Source: Sphingomonas sp. (GTDB taxonomy: Bacteria > Pseudomonadota > Alphaproteobacteria > Sphingomonadales > Sphingomonadaceae). From it: a stretch of 53,772 bases of DNA. The DNA lies in NCBI GenBank assembly GCA_019747165.1, contig JAIERC010000220.1:1-53772 (forward strand), in the 5' to 3' direction. The first letter of the stretch is position 1. Every line of letters starts with the position of its first letter. Made by a program: the position numbers and the translations under genes. The notes under the pieces are model-generated. The model had not been told where the DNA came from. It worked only from the letters and a program-made list of their open reading frames with translations, and ran no database searches. Positions 10,812-21,425 of this stretch are shown in pieces.

Positions 10812-10854
10812 TAAAATATGGCCAAGTGTTTTATTTATAAGGCAAATAATCTAA

Positions 10855-11955
10855 ATGCGATCAGTTGATCCTTTCTCCTTTTTTGTCGGCCATGAAAGCA
10901 TTATTGCGGGTTTGGGTGGGTCGACGCCTTCCCCCGATCATCGTTACTGCTTTCATACCAACTATCTTGATGTGAAACCTGGTCGGGCGGTGTTTCACGT
11001 AACGATCCATCGACCGCGGGCTAGCTTTGGCGAGCTGAATATTCGGGTTATGGCCCTGCCAACTGAGCGGGATGCGTCGGTTGCAGCGAGTCTGGCCATC
11101 GACCTTGAAGGCGTGGAGGCGCACGATCTCCATCGCGGGCTGCGTTTCTTGGCGGTAGACGGAGTTAAATACGCCCTTTTTGGGTTTGTGAGCGATTCTG
11201 CTGATCTGAAGGCCGAAGCTCTTGATGTTGCGCTCGAGGAGCTAGGCAAGGCGCACTCGCATGCCAAGCCAGCCCTAGGTACCGGCGCTGCGCAACCTAG
11301 GTTGGCGCGCAGTGACCTTAAGAGCATCTCGACGACAAGGCGCTTGTTCGCCGAGCTGGCACCGGCTCCCGATCTGCCATTTGCGCAGCCGATGCAGAAG
11401 TCTGGCGATGCCATGAATCTGCTCGCAACTCGGTGGCCGCACGTAGGTATGGACGGACCGAACACGCTCGACCATTGGAGTAGCTGCATGGCGCTCCAGA
11501 TGCTCGAATTGGTCGGTTTGATCGGGCCTTCCAGCCACGGTCTGCTGGTGGACATAGCGAATGCCGGCTTGATCGAGACATTGAAACTGGGTGGGTGCAG
11601 CGTTGACATGATCGAGCTGGATGCAGAGGACGCAGACTTGCTTGCGCTCAATTATCTGGAGCCCGACTATGATTTCGCTATGGTTATGGCGGCCCAGAAA
11701 TGGCAGGCCGTTGGCGGGTTGGAAATGTTGTGCGAAAGAGTGATGGAGTGCCTTGCCAAGGTCGGTTTCATTCTGATGATTGTCGAGATCGCAGGCGGAG
11801 GAAGCGCCGCGGCGTTTCGCAATCGCATGCAGCAATTGTGTTTGCATTGTATGAGCCTGGGGCATGATGTGATGCAATTAGCTTTTCCCTCCGGGGATGG
11901 GTGGTATCCTCAGACCGGTGCCGCTAGTCGCTTTATTTGGATAGCGCGGAAGTGA
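10855..11955 (+). CDS. Hypothetical protein; C-terminal half is a degenerate paralog of the upstream methyltransferase
   Basis: 366-aa ORF in operon position; W..C...Q.L.L.G...P...G block and terminal F..I.RK shared with 9882-10811. Confidence 0.7.
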   Translation: MRSVDPFSFFVGHESIIAGLGGSTPSPDHRYCFHTNYLDVKPGRAVFHVTIHRPRASFGELNIRVMALPTERDASVAASLAIDLEGVEAHDLHRGLRFLAVDGVKYALFGFVSDSADLKAEALDVALEELGKAHSHAKPALGTGAAQPRLARSDLKSISTTRRLFAELAPAPDLPFAQPMQKSGDAMNLLATRWPHVGMDGPNTLDHWSSCMALQMLELVGLIGPSSHGLLVDIANAGLIETLKLGGCSVDMIELDAEDADLLALNYLEPDYDFAMVMAAQKWQAVGGLEMLCERVMECLAKVGFILMIVEIAGGGSAAAFRNRMQQLCLHCMSLGHDVMQLAFPSGDGWYPQTGAASRFIWIARK

Positions 11956-12758
11956 CCAAAGCTTACGGTACCGCCCGATCCTTCATTGCTGGCTGGCGGA
12001 TCCAGCAATCTGTCATCAGTGCGCTGGCACTGCGAGAGATGCAGACGCGCTACGGGCGTGACAATATTGGCTTTCTTTGGATGGTAGCAGAACCGCTAAT
12101 GCTGGCCAGCGTCATTACCAGTTTGCACCAACTGGCACCAGCCGGCGAGAACGGAGGTAGCATGGCCCCCTTCCCCTTCGCCCTAATTGGCTATTGCGTC
12201 TTTATCATTTTCCGCAACAGCTTCAACCGATCAGAGGGCGCGCTTTATGCGGCTGGAGGGCTCTCCTATCACGTGCAGATAACCCCTTTCGACATCATGG
12301 CATCAAAATCGTTGGTCGAAATGAGCGGCGCAGTGCTTGCTTTTTTGTTGTTGAGCGGCGTCGGCATCATGCTGGGGCTGATGGAATTGCCAGTGCGCCC
12401 CTTGTATCTTTTGGCGGCATTCATCGCGATGGCGCTAATGACTCATGGGATGTGTATGGTCGCCGCGGCGGTCACGTATACAAACCATGTGCTCGGACGC
12501 TTCGTCCACGCGTTCTCCTATTTCATGTTTCCGTTGAGCGGGGCCTTCTTCACGGTGAGCTTTCTGCCGCCATGGGCTCGTCCAGTGATTGTGTGGAACC
12601 CGATGGTGACGATTTTTGAAACTGCGCGTTACGGAATGTTTATCAATGCCACGCCGGCATACATCTATCCCGAATATATCATCGGTTTCATAATGCTCAT
12701 GTGGTGTTGGGGCTTAGTGGTCATTCGGGACGTCAGAAAACACATTCACGTAAGTTAA
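11952..12758 (+). CDS. kpsM: Capsular polysaccharide ABC transporter permease
   Basis: ALALREMQTRYGRDNIGFLW..AEP, SGAFF, WNPM; multiple TM helices; GTG overlaps upstream TGA. Confidence 0.9.
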   Translation: MTKAYGTARSFIAGWRIQQSVISALALREMQTRYGRDNIGFLWMVAEPLMLASVITSLHQLAPAGENGGSMAPFPFALIGYCVFIIFRNSFNRSEGALYAAGGLSYHVQITPFDIMASKSLVEMSGAVLAFLLLSGVGIMLGLMELPVRPLYLLAAFIAMALMTHGMCMVAAAVTYTNHVLGRFVHAFSYFMFPLSGAFFTVSFLPPWARPVIVWNPMVTIFETARYGMFINATPAYIYPEYIIGFIMLMWCWGLVVIRDVRKHIHVS

Positions 12759-12795
12759 AAAACCTGCTGCATCCGGACGCAAGGACAATATAATC

Positions 12796-13959
12796 GTGCT
12801 AGGTATTATAACCCCCAGTATTTCTAATGACCAGAAAGCTGAAAACGTCTGGCGTTTACGTGCAGAAAAGTTGCTGTTTAGCTATCGATATTTTATCCTT
12901 TTTGTTGTCTTGCCGATTGCTGTTCTCGCAACTTATTATTACGTTATTGCGTCGGACCAATACGAGACTTCGGCCGATTTTGTCGTGCGCAAGGCCGATG
13001 TTTCAGGCGCGCAGACGGGGGGAGGCCAGATTTTAGGCTTCAATCTCGGCGGATCTATTGTTTCGTCAGAGGCCTATATGGTCAACGACTATCTGCTTTC
13101 TATCGACGCAGCGGAACGGTTGTCTCGGCAGAACGGGCTGATCGAGCGGTTCACTCGCCCATCGATTGACGTGTTTAGCCGGCTATGGGGAGACAAACCG
13201 TCGCCGGAACGGCTTTTGAAATATTATCGCAAGCACGTTTCGTTTCATGTTGATTCCGAAACCGGCATTACGCAAATGAACGTCCATGCCTTCACCCCCG
13301 GCGATGCTTATGAGATCGGCAATGCACTGCTCCGAATGGGTGAAGAGCAGATCAATCAACTGAATATCCGGACATATCGTGATCAGGTGGCGCATGCGCG
13401 CAGCGAGGCCGAACTGGCGGAAGCAGCTCTAAAATCTGCCGAGCGCGCGCTAACCGACTATCGACGCTCCAATAACGACATCGATCCGGCGGGAAGTGCC
13501 AGGGCACAGGTGTCGCTGGTCAGTAACCTCACCGCGGGATTGACCACAGCACGGGCAAGACTGAGGGCCATGGAGGGCTTAATCAGTCCATCGAGTCCAC
13601 AATATCGGGCGATGGTTTCGCAGATGCGTGCGCTTGAGGCGCAGGTCGCCAGTCAATCAGGACGGATTGCCGGTAACGACAGGTCAATTGCTTCGTCCCT
13701 AGGTGGATATGAGAACTTACAGGTGCAGCAAGAAGCCGCAGTTCGGCGGTACGCTGCAGCCGCCGCTGCTTATGAAACGGCGCGAAGTGAGGCCGTCCGG
13801 AAGAAAACCTATCTCATTAGGATCGTCGATGCCAATCGCGCAGTAAAGCCGCTATACCCGGAACGCGCCAAAATCGTTGGGACAGCCCTGCTCACGCTGG
13901 TTTTCGCCTACGCGATCGGCTGGCTCCTGGTGCAAGGGGTTAGAGAGCATGAGATATGA
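12796..13959 (+). CDS. kpsE: Capsule export inner-membrane protein (PCP-3)
   Basis: N-terminal TM then YYYVIASDQYET, coiled-coil middle, YPER plus C-terminal TM. Confidence 0.88.
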   Translation: MLGIITPSISNDQKAENVWRLRAEKLLFSYRYFILFVVLPIAVLATYYYVIASDQYETSADFVVRKADVSGAQTGGGQILGFNLGGSIVSSEAYMVNDYLLSIDAAERLSRQNGLIERFTRPSIDVFSRLWGDKPSPERLLKYYRKHVSFHVDSETGITQMNVHAFTPGDAYEIGNALLRMGEEQINQLNIRTYRDQVAHARSEAELAEAALKSAERALTDYRRSNNDIDPAGSARAQVSLVSNLTAGLTTARARLRAMEGLISPSSPQYRAMVSQMRALEAQVASQSGRIAGNDRSIASSLGGYENLQVQQEAAVRRYAAAAAAYETARSEAVRKKTYLIRIVDANRAVKPLYPERAKIVGTALLTLVFAYAIGWLLVQGVREHEI

Positions 13960-13979
13960 TGTGAACGAATCCACCGGCG

Positions 13980-14035
13980 TGAACCGCCCCCGCCACGGGC
14001 AGATGGACACCCGAGTTAACTTATCAGCGGCCTGA
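13980..14035 (-). mobile_element. Probable IS3-family terminal remnant
   Basis: TGAACCGCCCC...GGACACCCGAGTTA resembles IS3-family right ends; no transposase attached. Confidence 0.45.
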
Positions 14036-14039
14036 AAAT

Positions 14040-14489
14040 GTGAAGCACGTCGCCGGAAGCCGATGCATGGGGCGCTCACGCGGCGGGCTGACGACCAAAA
14101 TCCATGGGCTGGTCGATGCGCGCGGGCTGCCGATCACGCTCAAGCTGGCGCCCGGTCAGGCGCACGACGGTCGCAGCGCCGCCGACCTGCTTGCGACACT
14201 CGGCAACGGAGATGTGCTCCTTGCCGACCAAGCCTATGACAGCGGCGTGCTCCGCGCCGACATGGCTGCACGCAGTGTCTGGGCGAACGTCAGGGCACTC
14301 CCGAACCGCAAGCAGCGCTTCGCATTCAGCCCGTTACGCTACCGCTACCGCAACTTGGTCGAACGCTTCTTCAGCACGCCCAAACACTTCCGCGCCATCG
14401 CCACCCGCTTCGAAAAGCATGCTGACAACTACCTCGCGCTCGTCAAACTCGTCGCGTCAAAAATCCGGATGCGCTTCATCAGGCGGTAA
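14040..14489 (+). pseudogene. IS5-family (IS427-like) transposase, C-terminal fragment
   Basis: GRSRGGLTTKIH, LADQAYDS, YRYRNLVERFF, RAIATRFEK; N-terminal half missing. Confidence 0.88.
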
Positions 14490-14924
14490 CCTAGAGCGGA
14501 TTCGCTAACCATCGTTCGGTCGATGGCAATTCTGGGTCGCATAGACCCTTACCCCCCCAGCGATGCTGCCCTCTGTCTGAGGCTGCGTGAGAAGCTTTTC
14601 GCCAGCTCTTTAGGGCGCCTCGCATTAGGGTGCCCTTGCTCTTGGGAGCAACGGCGCCGGACATTCAGAACGATCGGCCGAAGGCGCTTTTAAGCCCCAC
14701 ACGCTATGGAGATTCGGCCGAGTGCCGAGACTTGGTTACCTTGGGTGGACGCAGCTTGAAACCTGTTTTGTTTTCGTCCCAATGGGTGGATGCGAACCCC
14801 TAGTCACGCCGGGCCACCGATGCCGACCTAGCCAACGAACGCCGCACCAAAATCAGGTTGCATCCAAAAGCCTTTAACCATAATGTTGCCGTTGGTCATG
14901 CGCAATCAATAGGCCTTCCGGACA

Positions 14925-15599
14925 ATGTCGCTTGAGCAGAACAAACAACCGAGCTTGAAGCCACCCTTCTCCCTTAAAGACAAAAAAGTAGAACGGACGA
15001 AATCCGCGAAGGTATTCGGAGAAATTTTTCGTACAAACTATTGGGGTAGTTCGGAATCAGTGTCTGGGGAGGGTTCCACCTTGGATAATACCTCGGCTAT
15101 TCGTGCGGCCTTGCCACCTTTGATTGAAGCCCTTCATATCCGATCGATCCTGGATATACCATGTGGTGATTTTCACTGGATGAATGCAGTAGGTCTAGAT
15201 CTAGACTATCATGGAGGTGATATTGTCGCAGAACTGGTCGCTCAAAATCAGCAACGATATGGCAGTGAAAAGCGTAGGTTTTCCCATTTAGACGTGCGCA
15301 GTTCATTTTTACCAAAAGTAGATTTGATTTTGGTGCGCGATTGCCTGGTTCACATGCCGACGAGCGATGTCAGGAAGGCAATATCAAATATTCGTCTATC
15401 CGGCGCAAAATGGCTATTGGCGACAACGTTTACGCAACGTTCTGAGAACGATCGCTTGCCCGATTGGCTATGGCGACCGCTGAATATGGAGCTGTCAGAC
15501 TTTGATCTGGGCAAGGCGGACCGGATTATTAGCGAAGAATTTTTCGGCGATGACGGCAAATGGAGCGACAAAAGCTTGGGTCTTTGGCGTATCACTTGA
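14925..15599 (+). CDS. Class I SAM-dependent methyltransferase (visibly AT-rich)
   Basis: WGSSESVSGEGS, ILDIPCGDFHWM, DLILVRDCLVH, WRPLN. Confidence 0.85.
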   Translation: MSLEQNKQPSLKPPFSLKDKKVERTKSAKVFGEIFRTNYWGSSESVSGEGSTLDNTSAIRAALPPLIEALHIRSILDIPCGDFHWMNAVGLDLDYHGGDIVAELVAQNQQRYGSEKRRFSHLDVRSSFLPKVDLILVRDCLVHMPTSDVRKAISNIRLSGAKWLLATTFTQRSENDRLPDWLWRPLNMELSDFDLGKADRIISEEFFGDDGKWSDKSLGLWRIT

Positions 15600-15726
15600 C
15601 CTAAATCAGTGCTCAGATTTAACCAGATGGAGAATCATGCAAACCGGTTAGGTCTGTACTACCTGTCGCGGGCCGATCCTGCGATGTAACTCTAGGAGAC
15701 TGACCCGATCGCCGCCGCCGATGGGC

Positions 15727-16756
15727 TAGAACATTTTGTTTTTAGTCGAACGCATATCCTGAGTTGGTGATGTAGTTTCGGCACTCGTGCGGCGGGAAAA
15801 CATCGAGTAGCTGTCCGATGGGATTCCAGAGAGCGTCGCGGGTTCTGGCGGCGGCCTTTCTGAGCAGCGCCTTGAGTCTGGCGAAGGCCTGCTCGATCGG
15901 GTTGAGGTTTGGGGAGCAGGGCCGCGGGTACAGGAGCTGGCACCGACCGCCCTGAACGCTTCGCGCACGCCCCCGACTTTGTGGCTGGAGAGGTTATCCA
16001 TCACCACGACATCGCCGTGCTTGAGCGAGGGGGCGAGGAACTGTGTGAGATAGGCCTTGAACACCTCGCCGGTCATCGGGCCATCGAGCACGAATGGGGC
16101 AATGATCCTGGTGCTGCGCAGACCCGCGACAAAGGTCGTGGTCGGCCGATGCCCATGCGGCGCGGCGTCGATAAGACGCTGGTCCTTTGGACCCCAGTCG
16201 TAATGCCGGATCATGTGGGTCGCAGCCCCTGTCTCATCGAGAAAGACAAAGGCCCTCGGGTCCATATGGCGCTGCCATATCCGCCACTGAAGACGATGCT
16301 CGGCAACGTCGGCGCGATCCTGCTTGGCGGCCCTTATCGTCTTTTTTTGTGTGACAGGCTGAGATAGCGCAGCCGGGGCCGGATCGTGCCCAGGCAACCA
16401 GGATCAATTCCGCGCGTCAGCAGCTCTTCCCGGATCTTGGCAAGCCTGATGCTCTTGCGCTTTGCCCTCACCTCGCGCAGTGGATCGTTATGGTCGGCAA
16501 GCAAGGGCTTGCGATAGCCGCCGATCTTCGCAGGCGCCGCCGACCTTGTCGCCCGAACCCGTTGCATCAGCTTGATCGCCGCCGAGGCGCTTACATCAAA
16601 GCGCGCCGCCGCCGCCCTTGCCGAACTGCCTTCGTCAACCGCTCGGACCAGCCGTAATCGAAAATCTGACGATAAGGGAGCCGTCATCGTCGCCTCCGTC
16701 GTAACCGGAAGCTTCGAATCAGAAACCGCGAATCCGTGCAATCTCAAAATGCTGTA
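15727..16756 (-). mobile_element. IS630-family element, degenerate (orfA 16334-16687, orfB frameshifted)
   Basis: orfA MTAPLSSDFRLR; orfB FVFLDETG, VVMDNLSSHK; A7 slippery run near 16342-16348; imperfect IRs TAGAACATTTTG / TACAGCATTTTG with TA at both ends. Confidence 0.88.
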
Positions 16757-17754
16757 GCGTTAGCGGACGCGTCGACCTTTGAGCAAATCCACACGCTGGT
16801 CGTTGTGGTCAACTCAAGGGCGCTAAAGCCGCATTCGAGCAAGTCATCGGGAACTGCGTTCATCGCCCGATTGCGGTGAAACTTGTCCACCCGGAATCCC
16901 GCCTCAACAAGGAATTGGCGAACCTGGAACGTGGTGAACTTGTTGAGGCTAGAGCCTTCGCGCAGCGTAAAAAAGCTTTTGTTGTCAAAGTCGTAAGGGA
17001 AGTCGTCGACCGACTTGAGGTGACCCCAAGGCTGGCCTCTTTTGAAGTAAGGACACGTTACGCAGGCGGTAGGATCACGCCGAGCTTCTAAACGCTCGTT
17101 CCATGTCCAAGGCATCGCGCTGAGCAATTTAACCCTGTGGTCAGCAGAAGCGTCGCACTTTTCTGAGCGATCCCAACAGTCCACTCCTTGAAATACTACC
17201 TGCCCCGCGTCTCCGTAAAACCAAAAACCGTGGTCATGCGAACCACACGGAGAATAGTAATTATCGTGAACGTTCATATAAATGCCATCCGTATTCAGAA
17301 TTTTCTGAATTGCGTCGAAACATGCCGGAAGATCGCTGATGTGCTCCGTCACCGTATTTGAAAAAATCAAATCGAATTTAGTATCGAGCTTGATTGGATC
17401 ATCAACGAAATTAACAATCGAAATCTGTTGAAACTCGATAGAATTACAAGAAAGTATCTCCGGAGCAATTGCGCTTTTCGTAACCCAACTATCAATCGCA
17501 ACTATTTCGCTGGCGCCCAAACAAAAGAAAGCTGCCGCAAAGCCGCCAAGACCTGCCTCCCAGTCCAGGACGCGCTTTCCGATGTACATCTTAGGAGAAA
17601 GACAGCCAACCGCCTCATGATATTTCAGGGTAGCGATCTTCCCTTCCACGTCGGCTCTTGTAGCCGGATTCAGAGTATTAAGAAACGCGGTCGCTCTATT
17701 TTGGATTGCCTCGGCTGAAATGAGGTCAAATTGAGGTAGTATAGTCATTGGCAT
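16744..17754 (-). CDS. Class I SAM-dependent methyltransferase with Cys/His-rich insert
   Basis: VLDWEAGLGG, FDLIFSNTVTEH, LNTDG; last codons lie inside the IS630 end. Confidence 0.82.
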   Translation of the reverse strand: MPMTILPQFDLISAEAIQNRATAFLNTLNPATRADVEGKIATLKYHEAVGCLSPKMYIGKRVLDWEAGLGGFAAAFFCLGASEIVAIDSWVTKSAIAPEILSCNSIEFQQISIVNFVDDPIKLDTKFDLIFSNTVTEHISDLPACFDAIQKILNTDGIYMNVHDNYYSPCGSHDHGFWFYGDAGQVVFQGVDCWDRSEKCDASADHRVKLLSAMPWTWNERLEARRDPTACVTCPYFKRGQPWGHLKSVDDFPYDFDNKSFFTLREGSSLNKFTTFQVRQFLVEAGFRVDKFHRNRAMNAVPDDLLECGFSALELTTTTSVWICSKVDASANATAF

Positions 17755-18513
17755 CTTTCAGATGTGGATTCGTTGGGCGCAAAGAACATTATTGCAATAA
17801 AGATTCGTCGAGAGTCGCGGCCGCGGACTACGTTTGGCAAGCGGCGGAACAAGGTTAGCTTTCCATATTTGCCTGCCTCCCGATCGACAACGTGGTTCAT
17901 CTTGACACTTCGGCAGCGTTAAATCTTCGATGCTGATCTCGACGTTTTTCAAGGCGACTTCGATATACCAGAGCAAGGTGTTCAACATGGTCAATTTGTA
18001 CCGAGCGTGCGTTGTCCGGTGCATTAACCATCCCCAGCTGAAGCGCAGCCGCGCCAAATCGACCGTCTGGAACACTTGCCAATCTTGACAGCATTATCGT
18101 CGAGATCCACGGTGTAAAGCAGTGAAACGTTCACTGATTTAGCCTTGCGCGTTCGATGGACCTTCACTTTAGGGACCCCTATGTCCGCGGCGACGATTTT
18201 TCGCGATAGAGCTGTCGGACCAATGTAGCAGTCAGCGGCCGGTGCTGATAGCTAGGTGAATGGCGGTTCAACTTCATGAAATTGGCCCTATGGTCACTCA
18301 CCGCCGAACGACTGGATCAACGCACGACGGTCTAACCCAGATTGCCGGCACAATCGGGCGGAGATCAAGCGACTATGCCACTGACACCGGGGTGCTACCA
18401 CTCGCAAATTGTGTTGACTTGCCGCAAGGGGGTATCGAGAAATACCTCACGTTCAGGATCCGAGGCGGGGTGACCTTCTCGCTCGAACCAATCGTTCAAA
18501 AGGGAGCGTAGAA

Positions 18514-19182
18514 ATGTCGGTGTCACGCAAGGCCGTGATTGCTTCAATGCAGAAGCTTGCCCGGAATGCAACGACGGACGTTAATGCCTCGCCGGGCGTT
18601 GCGCCTGACCTCAGAGTCGATTTTGCCAACCGTGGGCAACTGATCGAATCTTCGCAGCGAGCGGCACTGTCCGACGATAGGTTCATGACGCACGTTAGGT
18701 CCGCCGACAAGATGCGCGACGAAGGCAACTGGGTTGCGGCGGAGGCAGGTTATGCCGCTGCCCTGTCGCTTTATCCTTACGAGCGATCCTATTGGGTTCA
18801 GCTTGCGCACATGGCCAAAGAGCAGGAAAATTTCATGCGGGCGGAAATCGCGTATCGCACAGCATGCGCTCTCGGGGCCCGGCCGCAAGATGTGGTGGAG
18901 CACCTGCAATTCGTGATGGTCCGTCAAAACGCTGACGAGGGCCGGTTTCCAATCCGCTTCTATCGACCCGGGCCGGCCGCGCAGCAGCCTCCCGCGCAGC
19001 CGGACGTAGCTCTGCTCGCCAAGCTGGCTTGGCTTGTCGGCGGCATGGACGACCAAGACATGGTCAAATTGCTTCGCACCAATGCGACCTGTGACGCGCT
19101 ACTTGCGATGATGATCGGTGATCCACGTTTCGAGCGGGCGAACCGCGATTGGATCGAACTTGTCCGGGAAGGCGAACTGTGA
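18514..19182 (+). CDS. TPR-containing hypothetical protein
   Basis: ADKMRDEGNWVAAEAGYAAALSLYP...YWVQLAHMAKE TPR pattern; GGGAG RBS; coupled to next gene. Confidence 0.75.
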   Translation: MSVSRKAVIASMQKLARNATTDVNASPGVAPDLRVDFANRGQLIESSQRAALSDDRFMTHVRSADKMRDEGNWVAAEAGYAAALSLYPYERSYWVQLAHMAKEQENFMRAEIAYRTACALGARPQDVVEHLQFVMVRQNADEGRFPIRFYRPGPAAQQPPAQPDVALLAKLAWLVGGMDDQDMVKLLRTNATCDALLAMMIGDPRFERANRDWIELVREGEL

Positions 19183-21425
19183 CCAGATTTCTGAAAGACG
19201 AAATGGCCCCGTCGGTCTCGATCGTCATCAATACGCTCAATCGGGCGACATTGCTGGGCGATGCCATAAGTGGCGTGTTCCAGCTGGATTACCCGTCGTT
19301 CGAACTGATTGTCGTAAATGGTCCGTCTACGGATAACTCCGAAGCAATCCTTGAAGGCTGGCATGGTAAGATCAAGCATTTACGCTGCAGCGAGGCAAAC
19401 CTGTCGATTTCACGCAATGTCGGGATCGCAGCCGCTGCGGGAGATATTGTGGCATTCCTTGATGACGATGCCGTGCCCCACCCGCGTTGGCTGCGTTATC
19501 TGACGCGCCATTATGCTGACCCGTCGATCGGGGGAGTAGGCGGCTACACGGTCGATAACACAGGAGTGCGCTGGCAGGTCCGCAAGACGATATGCGACCG
19601 ATTCGGTAACGCGATTCTGGTCGATGATTTCTTTAACGAACGCAGCCTTAATTTTGCGGGAACACCGTATTATCCCAGCTTGTTGGGGACAAATTCAAGC
19701 TTTCGCCTTGCCGCCTTGCAGCAAATAGGCGGATTCGACCACATCTTTGCTTACATGCTCGATGAAACCGACGTCTGCCTGCGGCTGGTCGATGCTGGTT
19801 GGCATGTGGTCTACGAGCCGGCAGCGATGATCTTCCACCAGTTCGCCGAGAGCCACACCCGCTCGGCCAATCGCAAGCCGCGGACTCTTTACCCTTCAGT
19901 TGTCAGCAAGACCTATTTCACCAATCGTCACGGCCAAGCTGAAGGGTTGAGCAGCATTGCGAAGGCGCTCGAGGATTTTCGAGACGAACAGTTCAAGGCC
20001 ATTGCGTGGATGGCGGACCATGGTGACATTTCACACCAGCATCGGCTCAGCCTCGACGAAGACGTCAAACAGGGAACCCAGGCGGGCATGAGAGCGAGTT
20101 ACCGAGCCCTTGTAGAGGGCAAGGATCGGGGTGATCTCGCTGTGGCCAGTAAGCCCGCAGAGTTCCTGCCGGTCCAAAAGCAGGCCCGGCTTCGCGTGGC
20201 ACTCGTGTCGCAGGGCCTCCCGCCCGAAAATGACGCTGGAATTGCCCGCTGGACCAGCCTGCTCGCTGCTGGGCTGCGTGACATGGGGCTTGATGTGCAT
20301 ATCATCACGCGGGCCAAAGCTGAGCCAGCGCGAAGTTACCAAAATGGAATTTGGTATCATGAGGTTGCGCGGGACGCTGCCGGTGCGGATGTAATTTCTG
20401 CCAAGTACCAGGTTCCGATGGGTGGCGTTGCCGAATGGATGAGCGCAATCTCTCGCGAAATCGACTTCCTCAAGACATTCGGCCTTGATCTCGTCTCATT
20501 TCCGATCTGGGATCTCGAAGCATTGCCGGTGCTCGATGATCCGGACGTCGCAAGCGTGATCAGCCTCCACACCACTTACGCCCTTGCCCGCCCATACAAG
20601 CCTGAATGGTCCACTAGGATTGTCTATGGACGCAGCTTCGTCGACAAGATGATTGCAGCTGAGGCCAAGGCGCTGGGGTTTGCCCCTGCAATTCTGGCCA
20701 ACAGCAACGCCGTGGTCGTTGAAATCGATGAGGCATACGGAACGCAGATTTCTGACCGTTGCCGCCTCGTTCCGCATGGAACGCATGATATTCTCGCTGA
20801 GGCCGACCTTACGGTCGCCGACAAGATTGCTCGGAAGCGCTCGAACAAAAAGCTTCGCGTGCTCTTCGCCGGACGCTTCGAGCCGCGCAAAGGCTATGAC
20901 CTCGCGCTGCGCATGGCGGCCGCCGTCGCAAGCAAGCAGGCGATTCATTTCGATTTTGCTGGATGCGATCTAACAGAGTCGACGATTCAGTGCGCAAAGG
21001 CCCAAAGCGGCGTCGATCCGAGAAGCCTGCGCAATGCCGTATTTCACGGCGACGTGGATCGGGCCCGGCTCGATCAGCTATTCGTGCAAAGCGATGTCGT
21101 CATCATGCCCAGCCGCTTCGAATCCTTCGGCCTAGTCGCAATCGAAGCCATGGCCGCCGGGTCGCCGGTACTGGCCCTGTCGATCGGCGGGCTCGCCGAG
21201 GTGGTTGAAGATGGCGTTGCGGGGCATCTTTTCCAAAGTGAAAACGAATTCGTCGAAGTTGGTGCGGACATATTGATTCGACTGGCGGACAACCCGCTCG
21301 AACTTGAACGGCTGGCCACGGGTGCGTACAGCCAGTTTCAGGAACGGTTCACCGTCCCTGTAATGGCGCGATTGGTGGCTGAGTTTTTCGGCGAGGTCGT
21401 TACGGCACGGAAGGAACGGAGATGA
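19179..21425 (+). CDS. Bifunctional GT2 + GT4 glycosyltransferase
   Basis: SIVINTLNR, VAFLDDDA, GTNSSFR (GT2); GRFEPRKG, PSRFESFGLVAIEAM (GT4). Confidence 0.9.
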   Translation: MTRFLKDEMAPSVSIVINTLNRATLLGDAISGVFQLDYPSFELIVVNGPSTDNSEAILEGWHGKIKHLRCSEANLSISRNVGIAAAAGDIVAFLDDDAVPHPRWLRYLTRHYADPSIGGVGGYTVDNTGVRWQVRKTICDRFGNAILVDDFFNERSLNFAGTPYYPSLLGTNSSFRLAALQQIGGFDHIFAYMLDETDVCLRLVDAGWHVVYEPAAMIFHQFAESHTRSANRKPRTLYPSVVSKTYFTNRHGQAEGLSSIAKALEDFRDEQFKAIAWMADHGDISHQHRLSLDEDVKQGTQAGMRASYRALVEGKDRGDLAVASKPAEFLPVQKQARLRVALVSQGLPPENDAGIARWTSLLAAGLRDMGLDVHIITRAKAEPARSYQNGIWYHEVARDAAGADVISAKYQVPMGGVAEWMSAISREIDFLKTFGLDLVSFPIWDLEALPVLDDPDVASVISLHTTYALARPYKPEWSTRIVYGRSFVDKMIAAEAKALGFAPAILANSNAVVVEIDEAYGTQISDRCRLVPHGTHDILAEADLTVADKIARKRSNKKLRVLFAGRFEPRKGYDLALRMAAAVASKQAIHFDFAGCDLTESTIQCAKAQSGVDPRSLRNAVFHGDVDRARLDQLFVQSDVVIMPSRFESFGLVAIEAMAAGSPVLALSIGGLAEVVEDGVAGHLFQSENEFVEVGADILIRLADNPLELERLATGAYSQFQERFTVPVMARLVAEFFGEVVTARKERR

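Noticed and set aside
14490-14924. Possible ncRNA or further IS end (CTAGAGCGGATT) in the intergenic gap
   Set aside because: No partner IR or convincing structure seen.
17758-18075. 105-aa ORF upstream of the methyltransferase
   Set aside because: No recognisable motif or RBS; cannot be told from a chance ORF or a relic.
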